Assembly: GCA_045628545.1 (NCBI GenBank)
Contig: JAZQPI010000064.1
Span: 1 to 61,866, forward strand
Direction: 5' to 3'
Origin: Kiritimatiellia bacterium
GTDB taxonomy: Bacteria; Verrucomicrobiota; Kiritimatiellia; RFP12; UBA1067
Length of the DNA stretch: 61,866 nucleotides
In this document: positions 54,173 to 61,866 of the stretch, piece by piece
How positions within the stretch are numbered: the stretch's first letter is position 1
Layout of the letters: each line of letters starts with the position of its first letter
Notes under the pieces: generated by a model
The model's input: only the letters and a program-made list of their open reading frames with translations
The model's database searches: none
What the model was told of the DNA's origin: nothing
Program-made: the position numbers and the translations under genes

Positions 54173-55300
54173 TCAGAACGAATACTGCACGCCGAGGGCG
54201 ATGGCGTAGACCATCTCGCAGCGGGTTTCAAGGCCGAGGAGCGCGTTCGCGTCGAACCGCAGCGCCCATTCGTCCGTCAGATAACAGAGCGCGCCCACGC
54301 CGACTGCCGGACCGACCTGTCCGCCCGGCAGCGCGCCGCGCACGCCGATGGTGAAGAACGGATCGAACCGCGAATAGCCGAAGAGCTTGTCGTACTCCTC
54401 CCACCCCTTCCAGTGCCAAAGCCCCTCCGCCGCCAGTCCGCACACGTCCTCCAGCACGGCCACTTCGCCTTCCAGCGCCCAGGCGTCGCTCAGATACCAG
54501 CCGCCCCGGAACGCCGCGCCGCCGACCGCGTGCAGCCGCGAACCGCCCTGCGGCAGCGCCATCGTCCCCGAAACGCCAGCGTAAAAGCCGGTGGACGCCT
54601 CTTCCTCGCCTTCGGCAGCGAATAGATTAACGCACAGCATCAGCGACACGAAGGTCGTCGCAATGCGCAGGGCGCGTTTCATTCCCTTCGCGAGCGCGCA
54701 GACGCCGAAGGTCTCGGTCTCGTAGTGTCCGGCGCAGACCATCTTCATGCCGATGTTCTCGGCCGCGACGCGGTCGCCCCAGCTCGCCTCGCCGGTCACG
54801 TAGACCTCGCACCCGAGCCGCCGCGCCTCCGCCGCGAACTCGCCCGCACCGCCCGAGCAGACGCCGATCTTGCGTCCGTGCGCGTTGTAGCCGGTAATGC
54901 CGATGACGTTGCCGTGATAGCTGAACGCCGGCTCGACCTTCGTCAGTCCGAGATAGCGCGCCAGCTCCCAGTTGTTGCCGTAGCGGCGATTCGCGTCCAG
55001 CGGCAGATGATAGGCCGCCAGCGCGAGATTCGCGTCCATCGCCGCCTTCACCACGCGGTATTCCCCGTCAACCAGCCGACGGATGCCGCCGCCCCAGCTG
55101 ATGCCGTGATGGACGACGAGCAGCTGCGCCCCGGCCTCGGCCGCCGCCTTCACGCTGCGGACACTGCCGTCGACGGCGAAGGCGACCTTGTCGATCTCGT
55201 CGCCCTCCCGCGCGATCTGGAGTCCGTTGTTGCTGACGTCGTCAAACTTGCCGGGTTCGAGCACGGACTCGATCCAGCCGATGATCTTCTCAAGTTTCAT
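54173..55300 (-). CDS. Nif3-like (YbgI/DUF34) dinuclear-metal protein fused in frame to a signal peptide plus a small OMP beta-barrel
   Basis: Nif3 motifs HHGISW, AYHLPLD and GHYETE (residues 1-206). From M207 the sequence reads MKRALRIATTFVSLMLCVNLFA-AEG... and ends GVQYSF. SD aaggagg precedes ATG 55300. The internal ATG is at 54682. Confidence 0.75.
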   Translation of the reverse strand: MKLEKIIGWIESVLEPGKFDDVSNNGLQIAREGDEIDKVAFAVDGSVRSVKAAAEAGAQLLVVHHGISWGGGIRRLVDGEYRVVKAAMDANLALAAYHLPLDANRRYGNNWELARYLGLTKVEPAFSYHGNVIGITGYNAHGRKIGVCSGGAGEFAAEARRLGCEVYVTGEASWGDRVAAENIGMKMVCAGHYETETFGVCALAKGMKRALRIATTFVSLMLCVNLFAAEGEEEASTGFYAGVSGTMALPQGGSRLHAVGGAAFRGGWYLSDAWALEGEVAVLEDVCGLAAEGLWHWKGWEEYDKLFGYSRFDPFFTIGVRGALPGGQVGPAVGVGALCYLTDEWALRFDANALLGLETRCEMVYAIALGVQYSF

Positions 55301-55326
55301 CGCACACCCTCCTTGATGTTGTTCGT

Positions 55327-56328
55327 TCAACCCACCGCCCGACCGTCCGCGGCGAAACGGACCGTCCGCCGCGGGTCGACGACCAGCCGCACCGTCTCGC
55401 CGGCGCGGAGCGCCGAAAAGCCCGGCACGCGGACGACCACGGGGAATTTCGCCGGTCCGTAATGGACGTGGACCAAAGTCTCGCTGCCGAGCGGCTCCAG
55501 GAAATCGACGGTGCAATCCCCCTTTTCACACGGCTCCAGCCCCAGATGCTCGGGACGCGCCCCCACCGTCAGGTCGGGCGCGAGCGTCCCCGGCGGAAAG
55601 AGGTTCATCGGCGGCGTGCCGATAAAGCCCGCGACAAAGACGTTGGCGGGCCGGTCGTAGACCTCCAGCGGCGCGGCGACCTGCTGGATTTCGCCGGACT
55701 TCATCACGACGATGCGCTCGCCCATGGTCATCGCCTCGGTCTGGTCGTGCGTGACGTAGATCATCGTCGCCCCGAGCCGCTGGTGCAGGCGGATGATCTC
55801 CGCGCGCATTTCGACGCGCATTTTCGCGTCGAGGTTCGAGAGCGGTTCGTCAAACAGAAACGCCGCGGGTTCGCGGACGATGGCGCGGCCCAGGGCGACG
55901 CGCTGACGCTGTCCGCCCGAAAGCGCCTTCGGCAGCCGCTTCAGATACGGCGTCAGCCCCAGCGCCTCCGCGACGGACTCGACGCGGCGGGAGATCTCGG
56001 CGCGCGCGAGGCCGCGGAGCTTCAAGGCGAAGGACAGGTTCTCCAGCACGGTCATGTGCGGATAGAGCGCGTAATTCTGAAAGACCATCGCGATGTCGCG
56101 GTCCTTCGGCGGCAGATGCGTCACCTCCCGTCCGCCGATGAGGATGCGGCCCGAGGTCGGCGTCTCAAGGCCCGCCACCATCCGCAGGGACGTCGACTTG
56201 CCGCAGCCGGACGGCCCGACGAGCACGAGGAACTCGCCGTCGCGGACCGTCAGGTCGAAGTCGCGCACGGCCGGCGCATCGCCTTTGGCGTAGACTTTGC
56301 CGATATGCTCGAAACGGACCTCAGCCAT
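55327..56328 (-). CDS. Sugar-type ABC transporter ATP-binding protein (MalK/UgpC/MsmK-like), with no permease or binding protein nearby
   Basis: GPSGCGKST, LSGGQRQRVALGRA, LFDEPLSNLD and a C-terminal regulatory/TOBE-like domain. Confidence 0.9.
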   Translation of the reverse strand: MAEVRFEHIGKVYAKGDAPAVRDFDLTVRDGEFLVLVGPSGCGKSTSLRMVAGLETPTSGRILIGGREVTHLPPKDRDIAMVFQNYALYPHMTVLENLSFALKLRGLARAEISRRVESVAEALGLTPYLKRLPKALSGGQRQRVALGRAIVREPAAFLFDEPLSNLDAKMRVEMRAEIIRLHQRLGATMIYVTHDQTEAMTMGERIVVMKSGEIQQVAAPLEVYDRPANVFVAGFIGTPPMNLFPPGTLAPDLTVGARPEHLGLEPCEKGDCTVDFLEPLGSETLVHVHYGPAKFPVVVRVPGFSALRAGETVRLVVDPRRTVRFAADGRAVG

Positions 56329-57040
56329 TGCCGTCTCCGTGGCTTTTGCGATAAAGGGCGACGCACTGACGGACGACTTCGTGGAGGTAGGGGTGCGAAT
56401 GCTCCTCCGGACACCGCAAGCCCTCCAGCGCCCAGTAGAGCGCGGAATAAGCGGCGTCGCCGCGGTCGGTGACGCCGTAGCGACGCTCCATGTCCGCCAT
56501 GCGCTCGGGATCCATCCGCAGCTCCGACCAGGCGTTGCGGCTGGCTACGTCTTCCACGATCTGCCGCCAGTACCGACGGTAGGACGCGGCCGCCGAATCG
56601 ATGTCGATGGCGATCTTCATTTCGAAGATCATCGCCAGTTCGCGATGGATGTCGGACGACTCGGGATTGTACTTGAGCCCCGAATCGCGCAGCAGGCGGA
56701 TCGCGGAAGAGACCCAGCGCCAGCGGTCCTCCGGCGTCGTCATCATGACGGAAATGTTGTAGGCGAGATTCCAAGCCGCGTAGCTCCACACCTCGGGGGT
56801 ATGCGGGTCGGACAGGGTCAGCGCCTGCGCGAGCTGGGCGAGTTCGACATAGCGTCCCTCGTCCTGAAGGCGGTCCGCGCGGAACCACACGACCTCCGAA
56901 GCGATCGACCGCAGGCCGCCGAACGCGGCGAACGCGCTTTCGGCCAGGGCGGGGTTCCCGGTCGGCCGCTGACGCAAAAGGCCGATCTGGGCCAGGACGG
57001 CCAGGACGAGCAGTCCGACGATGGCGGCGACGCCCCTCAT
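56321..57040 (-). CDS. Hypothetical membrane-anchored helical protein
   Basis: N-terminal TM helix VAAIVGLLVLAVLAQIGLL. Overlaps both neighbours (ATGA with murG, 8 nt with the ABC gene). No recognised motif. Confidence 0.55.
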   Translation of the reverse strand: MRGVAAIVGLLVLAVLAQIGLLRQRPTGNPALAESAFAAFGGLRSIASEVVWFRADRLQDEGRYVELAQLAQALTLSDPHTPEVWSYAAWNLAYNISVMMTTPEDRWRWVSSAIRLLRDSGLKYNPESSDIHRELAMIFEMKIAIDIDSAAASYRRYWRQIVEDVASRNAWSELRMDPERMADMERRYGVTDRGDAAYSALYWALEGLRCPEEHSHPYLHEVVRQCVALYRKSHGDGNG

Positions 57041-58110
57041 TTCCGCCCCTCCGCCTCGACGAGGTCCGCCACGCGCGCGGCCGCGTCGGGAACGGCCATG
57101 GCGCGCATCTTCGCGGCCATCGCCGAGAGCTGTTCGGGATGGTCGTACTTCTGCAGCAGGTAGCGGCTGAGCTGCCGCACCGAAAGCGCGTCCTGCTTGC
57201 CCTCGTCCGCCGCACCCTTCTCGGCGAAAGCGTCCGCGTTGTAATGCTGGTGGTTGCGCATGGCCGTCGGCAGCGGAATCAGGAGCGCAGGCTTGCCGCA
57301 GGCCGCGAGCTCGAAGCAGGTCGAAGCCCCGGCGCGGGCGACGACGAAGTCGGCCGAGGCGAACGCGCCCGCCATGTCGTCCTCGAACGCGCGGACCCGC
57401 GCGGGCAGGCCGGCCTTCGCGTAGGCGGCCTGCACCTCCTTCTCGTCAGCGGCGCCAGTCTGGTGGATCACGTAAAGCGGACGCTTCTGCTCTTCGCGCC
57501 GCGCCAGTTCGTTGCGCATCTGGAGCAGCGCGGCGGACAGGAGGACGTTGACCGCGTGCGCACCCTGCGAACCGCCGGTCACGAACACCGTGAAGGCGTC
57601 CGCCGGAATGTAGGCGATGCGCTGTCCGGCGGCGATTTCGCCGCGGACCGGCAGGCCGGTGAGAACCGTCTTGACGCGCGGCAGGTATTGCGCCGTCCGC
57701 TCGAAGCTGACGGCCACCACCTTGGCGAAATGCGACAGGTAGTCTACCGCCTTGCCGGGCACGGTGTTCGCCTCGTGCAGGCAGACCGGGACGCCGCGCC
57801 AGTGGGCCGCGATGACGGGCGGCAGCGAGGAGTAGGAACCCATGGCCAGCAGCACGTCGGGCTTGACGCGCTTCATTTCGCGCCGACAGCGCCAGATGGA
57901 GCGCAAAATGGCGAAGGCGTTGCGCAGACGGAGCTGACGGGCCTTCGTCGAGAACATCGGACCCGTCCAGCCCTTCATCACCGCCGCTTCGATATCGCGG
58001 CCCGAGCTCCAGACCATGACCTCGTGTCCCCGCCGCCGCAGTTCCTCCGCCACGGCAAGCCCCGGAAACGAATGTCCGCCCGTACCTCCACATGTAACGA
58101 CAATTTTCAT
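57037..58110 (-). CDS. murG: Undecaprenyldiphospho-muramoylpentapeptide beta-N-acetylglucosaminyltransferase
   Basis: CGGTGGHSFPGLAVAEEL, GSYSS, a GT28 C-terminal domain. Confidence 0.93.
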   Translation of the reverse strand: MKIVVTCGGTGGHSFPGLAVAEELRRRGHEVMVWSSGRDIEAAVMKGWTGPMFSTKARQLRLRNAFAILRSIWRCRREMKRVKPDVLLAMGSYSSLPPVIAAHWRGVPVCLHEANTVPGKAVDYLSHFAKVVAVSFERTAQYLPRVKTVLTGLPVRGEIAAGQRIAYIPADAFTVFVTGGSQGAHAVNVLLSAALLQMRNELARREEQKRPLYVIHQTGAADEKEVQAAYAKAGLPARVRAFEDDMAGAFASADFVVARAGASTCFELAACGKPALLIPLPTAMRNHQHYNADAFAEKGAADEGKQDALSVRQLSRYLLQKYDHPEQLSAMAAKMRAMAVPDAAARVADLVEAEGRK

Positions 58111-58117
58111 AATGAAT

Positions 58118-58126
58118 AGTTTAGCA
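58118..58126 (-). promoter_or_regulatory. Extended -10-like box (tgctaaact) 7 nt upstream of the murG ATG
   Basis: Minus strand tgctaaact-attcatt-ATG. Confidence 0.4.
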
Positions 58127-58216
58127 TAAAAACAGCCTGCGGTGCGTCACGGATCGGTCATTACCGTTCACGCTACAGCCATCTCATTAACATCGTATTT
58201 CATCTTGCTTTCCCCC

Positions 58217-59596
58217 TCACCAGTCCTTTTCGTTGGGCGGCAGACGGGCGCGGCGCATCAGCCGGCGCTTGTCCTCCTCGTGCTCGTCGTTGCGCTCCTG
58301 CGCCTTGCGCAACAGCGCCTCGACCTCCTTGTCGTCCGCCGACTTCTCCTCTTCCCGCGCCTCGCCTTCTTTCTCCTCCTCCGCGGTGGCCTCCTCGGGC
58401 GACTCCTGCTGACGCTCGTCCGTCTGCTGCTCGTCCTGACCGTTCTGCTGCTGGTTTTCAGAAGACTGCTGCTCCTGATTCTGCTGCTGCCCCTGGTTCT
58501 GCTGCTGGTCCTTCGACGAGTTCCCGCCCTGTCCGCCGGAATCCTTCGGCAGCAGGGCCTGGATCTGCTGCAGGAGTTTCACGGCCCGCTCCTGCTGGGG
58601 CGGCAGCGGCTTCTCGGCACATTCGAGCTGAAGCTTCTCCAGCTCAGTCGCCAGCGCGGAAATCTTCGCCTGGTCCTCGGCGGTGAACGGCGGACGGTTG
58701 GTGTCGGCCTGCGCCTGCTGTTCGTAGGCGCGCGCCCAGGCGGGGAACTTCGCCCGGAAGGCGCGGGTGTAGTCGAGCGCGTCAGCCTGCCAGGCGCGTC
58801 CGTAGCGGGACTCGACGTCCTGCCAGGCGTTGGACTGCGCCTCCAGATCTGCCGCCACAGCCGCCGGCGGCAGCGCCGTCAGCTTGAAAAAGCGCGTGAA
58901 GGCCCCTTCGACCTCGGCCATCGTCGAGAAGGATTCCGCATCGAGGTCCGCGAACTCCCGCGCCGCGCGCTTCGTCGCCGTCTGCGCGGCGGCGACCTGG
59001 TCGAGGATGGTCGCCGCCTGGGTTTCGTTGGTGACCGAGCGGACGATCAGTTCGCGCACCGGGATCCAGACGTCGGCGATCTTCTCGGCCCGCTTGGAGA
59101 GCGCGTCCGCCAGCTGCACCGCGCGGTCGGCGCGGTTGGTGCGAAAGCCGGACGCCTCGTCGAAGAGCCGCCGGGCCTCGGCCGTCGCCCGTTCGAGCAT
59201 CGCGCCGGGATCCTGTCCCTCGGCTTCCTTCAGAACGGCGTTGATATGGGCCGTTTCGCGGGCCTCGGGCAGATGCGCGACGGCTCGCGAAAAGTTGCGT
59301 CCCGCCTTTTCGTCGTCGGGCCGGGCGCGGAGGGCGATCTGGGCCGCGGCGGCAGCCGCCTCGAGATCGCCGCGCTCGTACTCGAGCTTGGCGACGACCT
59401 CCGCCGCGCGTGCGCCGTGCGATTTCGAAAGCAGCAGCGGTTTCAGCGTCTGCAAGGCGTTCGTGACGTCGCCCGCACGGTAAAAGTCGACGCCGCGGTT
59501 CCACACCTCGCCGTCCGTCACCGAAACTTCGTCCGCCCAAGCCGCCGCCGACAGCAGCGACAACACGACAACCGTAAGGAATCTTGCGCCCATCAT
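58217..59596 (-). CDS. Secreted TPR-like protein with Gln/Glu-rich low-complexity region and BatC-like C-terminus
   Basis: Signal peptide MMGARFLTVVVLSLLSAAAWA. Q-rich block KDQQQNQGQQQNQEQQSSENQQQNGQDEQQ. Ends ...LLRKAQERNDEHEEDKRRL...NEKDW. Confidence 0.55.
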   Translation of the reverse strand: MMGARFLTVVVLSLLSAAAWADEVSVTDGEVWNRGVDFYRAGDVTNALQTLKPLLLSKSHGARAAEVVAKLEYERGDLEAAAAAAQIALRARPDDEKAGRNFSRAVAHLPEARETAHINAVLKEAEGQDPGAMLERATAEARRLFDEASGFRTNRADRAVQLADALSKRAEKIADVWIPVRELIVRSVTNETQAATILDQVAAAQTATKRAAREFADLDAESFSTMAEVEGAFTRFFKLTALPPAAVAADLEAQSNAWQDVESRYGRAWQADALDYTRAFRAKFPAWARAYEQQAQADTNRPPFTAEDQAKISALATELEKLQLECAEKPLPPQQERAVKLLQQIQALLPKDSGGQGGNSSKDQQQNQGQQQNQEQQSSENQQQNGQDEQQTDERQQESPEEATAEEEKEGEAREEEKSADDKEVEALLRKAQERNDEHEEDKRRLMRRARLPPNEKDW

Positions 59597-59603
59597 CTTC
59601 TTC

Positions 59604-60395
59604 TCACTTCCTAGCCAGTTTTCCCAGCCATTCCTTCAACAGGTAGGCAGATGTATTCAGGTTGTCGGCCGACGGCATGAGGCCGCTCCACCAATTCACG
59701 ATTCCGATACGCACGTAGTGCGCCTTGAAGTCGCAGGCCGCCGGCGTCACCTCCAGCGATGTCCGCGAGAAGTTGCCGATGGCGCGAGGCATATGCCACG
59801 CGCTCGTAACGAGCAACACCCGGCGCACCCCTCGATCCACAAGAAGGCGCTCGGCGAAACGCGAATTCTCGTAGGTGTTGCGGCTCACGTCATCTACCGC
59901 GATTGCCTCTCGCGGCACTCCGAAGTCAAGAAGAAGCGGAACGGTCGCCGCCAGATCGTTGCTGCCGACCACCACCACGAGCGGAGCCTTGCCAGCCCGG
60001 TAGAGACGTGCCGCGTGCCAGACGCGGTCAGCGGCCTCAAACATCTCCGGATTCGCAAGCGCATCCACCTTCCCCATCCCGCCGCCGAGCAGGACGATCG
60101 CATCGGCCGCCGGCAGGTCGGCCGGCGTCTGCGAAGACATAAAGGGCCGCTCCAACGGCAAGCCCAGCATACAGACGCTATACCCCGTCGAGAGAAACCA
60201 CAGACCGCCAGCCGAAAACATCACAAGCAGAACCCCCAGACGGCGAGTCCGTCCGTGACGGCACGCCGCCAGCAAACCGAACAGCAGGCCGACAAACCCC
60301 AGTGTCAGCGGGTTGAGGATCAGCCAGGCCAGCTTGTTGAGGGCATACATCTGATAAATTAAGTCCTTTCTTGTTTTTCGACCTGGAACTTTCAA
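59604..60395 (-). CDS. DUF218 (YdcF/ElyC/SanA-like) membrane protein
   Basis: AIVLLGGG, RNTYENS and LVTSAWHMPRA. TTG start at 60395, 3 nt after the pyrK stop. Alternative ATG at 60350. Confidence 0.8.
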   Translation of the reverse strand: MKVPGRKTRKDLIYQMYALNKLAWLILNPLTLGFVGLLFGLLAACRHGRTRRLGVLLVMFSAGGLWFLSTGYSVCMLGLPLERPFMSSQTPADLPAADAIVLLGGGMGKVDALANPEMFEAADRVWHAARLYRAGKAPLVVVVGSNDLAATVPLLLDFGVPREAIAVDDVSRNTYENSRFAERLLVDRGVRRVLLVTSAWHMPRAIGNFSRTSLEVTPAACDFKAHYVRIGIVNWWSGLMPSADNLNTSAYLLKEWLGKLARK

Positions 60396-60398
60396 ACT

Positions 60399-61205
60399 CT
60401 ACCAAACCAGGTCCTTGGCCGCGAAGACCGGCCCCTCGATGCAGCAGCGCGAATTGCCGCGCACCGTCCTTTGGATGCAGGCGTAGCACGCGCCTACGCC
60501 GCAGACCATGTGGCGGTCCATCGAAATCCAGCCCGGCGAGTCCGTGCCGGTCGCGCGCATCGCCACCGCCTTCAGCATGGGATCGGGTCCGCAGGCGAAA
60601 AACTCGAAGCGGCGGTTCTGCTCGCGCATGGCGATCAGCGCGTCGTCGAGCGGATCGGTGACGAGCCCCTTCACGCCCGCGCTGCCGTCGTTCGTCGCGA
60701 CTGACACGGACACCCCGAGCGCCTTGAAGCGGTCCAGCGCCAGCAGGTCGGCCGAAGTCCGTCCGCCGACGAACAGCCGGACGGACGCGCGATCCATGCC
60801 GTCTGCCACGAGCCGGCGGGCGAGGAAATGGAGCGGCGCGACACCGTAGCCGCCGCCGACGAGAAGCGCCTCGCCGGAGCAGGTTCCGGGGAAGCCGTGC
60901 CCGAGCGGGCCCATAACCGAAACGGCGTCGCCCGGACGCACGTCGTTGAGCGCAGTCGTGCCGCGGCCGACGGTCTTGTAGAGGACCGTCACCGTGCCGC
61001 CGGAACCGTCCTCCGCCGGCGGTTCGGCGTCGAACACGCTGAACGGCCGCCGCAGGGCGCTCGTCTCCAGACCTGGCACGCGCACATGCACGAACTGACC
61101 GGGCTTCACCTCCGCGGCGATCTTCGGCGCGGCCAGCACGAGATAGCGGTATCCTCCGCCGATCTCCGCATGCTCCAGCACGGTCGTCTTTTCGTCTCTC
61201 ATCAT
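60399..61205 (-). CDS. pyrK: Dihydroorotate dehydrogenase electron-transfer subunit (FAD/2Fe-2S)
   Basis: RRPFSV, GGGYGVAPL and a C-terminal CGVGACYAC...C cluster. Confidence 0.88.
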   Translation of the reverse strand: MMRDEKTTVLEHAEIGGGYRYLVLAAPKIAAEVKPGQFVHVRVPGLETSALRRPFSVFDAEPPAEDGSGGTVTVLYKTVGRGTTALNDVRPGDAVSVMGPLGHGFPGTCSGEALLVGGGYGVAPLHFLARRLVADGMDRASVRLFVGGRTSADLLALDRFKALGVSVSVATNDGSAGVKGLVTDPLDDALIAMREQNRRFEFFACGPDPMLKAVAMRATGTDSPGWISMDRHMVCGVGACYACIQRTVRGNSRCCIEGPVFAAKDLVW

Positions 61206-61235
61206 CGTCTCCTCCTCTCCGACGTCAACCGACGG

Positions 61236-61866
61236 TTATTTGCGCGGCGGCTGGAAGAGCGGCAGCCCGACCGCCCGCAGCTCCGCGTCGCGCTGCATCG
61301 TATCGAACACCTTCTGCTTGTCGAGCCTGTAGGCCCGCACGAAACTCTGCTGCGCGGCCGGCACGCGGCCCGTCCGCGCCTGGATCTTCGCCAGCTCGCA
61401 CCAGACGAGCGGATCGGCCTCGGGCTGAAGCCGCAGGTAGCGCACCAGGCAGTTTTCGGCCGGCGCGTCAAGCTTGCCGGCGACGAGGATGTCGGCCGCG
61501 GCCTTGAGCGACGCCGCGTCGGCATAGCTGTCGACCGCCGGCGCCACGATCTTCGCCGCGTCGGCGCCGCGCCCCATCTGAGTGAAGCAGAGCGCCAGCG
61601 ACAGTCGCTCGGCCGGCGTGATGGAGCCGTCGCGCAGCTTGGGCTGCAGGCGCTCGAGATCCGCGAAAAGCTGCTGCGTCTGGGTGATGTAGCCGCGCAA
61701 AGAGGCCGTGCGGTGGTTGGCGGGGTCGATCGTGTCGGTGTAGTCCATCATCTCCAGCGTGCTGTCGTAGCGGCGGAACGGCAGCAGGATCTCCTGCGCG
61801 TAGCGGAACGTCGCCTCGGGCGAGGCCGGATAGAGCAAGCAGGCTTCGCGGAAGGCCTGTCCAGCC
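61236..61866 (-). CDS. TPR-like helical repeat protein, N-terminally truncated by the window edge
   Basis: The frame stays open to position 61866. The listed start is a non-ATG codon. Helical-repeat character (LALCFTQMGRGADAAK..., WCELAKIQARTGRVPAAQQSF). Confidence 0.55.
   Translation of the reverse strand, partial: AGQAFREACLLYPASPEATFRYAQEILLPFRRYDSTLEMMDYTDTIDPANHRTASLRGYITQTQQLFADLERLQPKLRDGSITPAERLSLALCFTQMGRGADAAKIVAPAVDSYADAASLKAAADILVAGKLDAPAENCLVRYLRLQPEADPLVWCELAKIQARTGRVPAAQQSFVRAYRLDKQKVFDTMQRDAELRAVGLPLFQPPRK

Overview
High-GC bacterial chromosomal window. I saw no rRNA, CRISPR array, transposase or integrase. About 55 genes are densely packed, many with 1-8 nt overlaps (ATGA/GTGA), and intergenic DNA forms short AT-rich islands. 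The content suggests an anaerobic, glycan-degrading member of the PVC group (Lentisphaerota, Kiritimatiellota or Verrucomicrobiota-like). That placement is a low-confidence guess based on a divergent FtsZ, exosortase/EpsI, DUF4159 and an FprA flavoprotein.

Gene layout from start to end:
- 1-600: a composite repeat and hairpin region.
- 712-1955: a small Cys/His membrane peptide plus an outer-membrane barrel.
- 2084-18856, minus strand, tightly packed: WecA-like transferase, EpsI, exosortase, dnaE, a DUF4011/SF1 helicase-nuclease, an aminotransferase, FprA, and exbB-exbD-exbD-TolA-like-DUF4159.
- 18965-24770: ddl-ftsQ-ftsA-ftsZ-mutL.
- 24777-26019: dprA and tRNA-Glu.
- 26087-35211, minus strand: a mixed glgA-glgB-uxuA-uxuB-miaA-uxaC-rhaB array.
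- 35358-38845: a Trx-like protein, a GNAT acetyltransferase, and a UvrD-family helicase with a Gly/Tyr tail.
- 38940-39016: tRNA-Pro.
- 39611-50036: GH29 fucosidase, a secreted DnaJ-type zinc-finger protein, ftsH-cdaA-miniCdaR-ftsK-rodZ-like, nagB, and a zinc-ribbon protein plus a nuclease.
- 50093-54043: kduD-kduI-DUF4861-orphan EIIC.
- 54173-61866: Nif3/OMP fusion, an orphan ABC ATPase, murG, a BatC-like protein, DUF218, pyrK, and a partial TPR gene.

Most notable observations:
- the 53-bp perfect inverted repeat module at the window edge;
- the stand-alone helicase-nuclease next to dnaE;
- the Ton-like motor coupled to a polytopic DUF4159 protein;
- a recurrent TGnTAnnnT extended -10 box placed 6-7 nt before the ATG of four housekeeping genes, implying leaderless mRNAs;
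- an FtsZ with a degenerate T7 loop;
- an in-frame Nif3 to signal-peptide/OMP fusion;
- a MiaA-like protein lacking the insertion domain inside a sugar operon.

All functional calls come from reading motifs in the translations. No searches were run.
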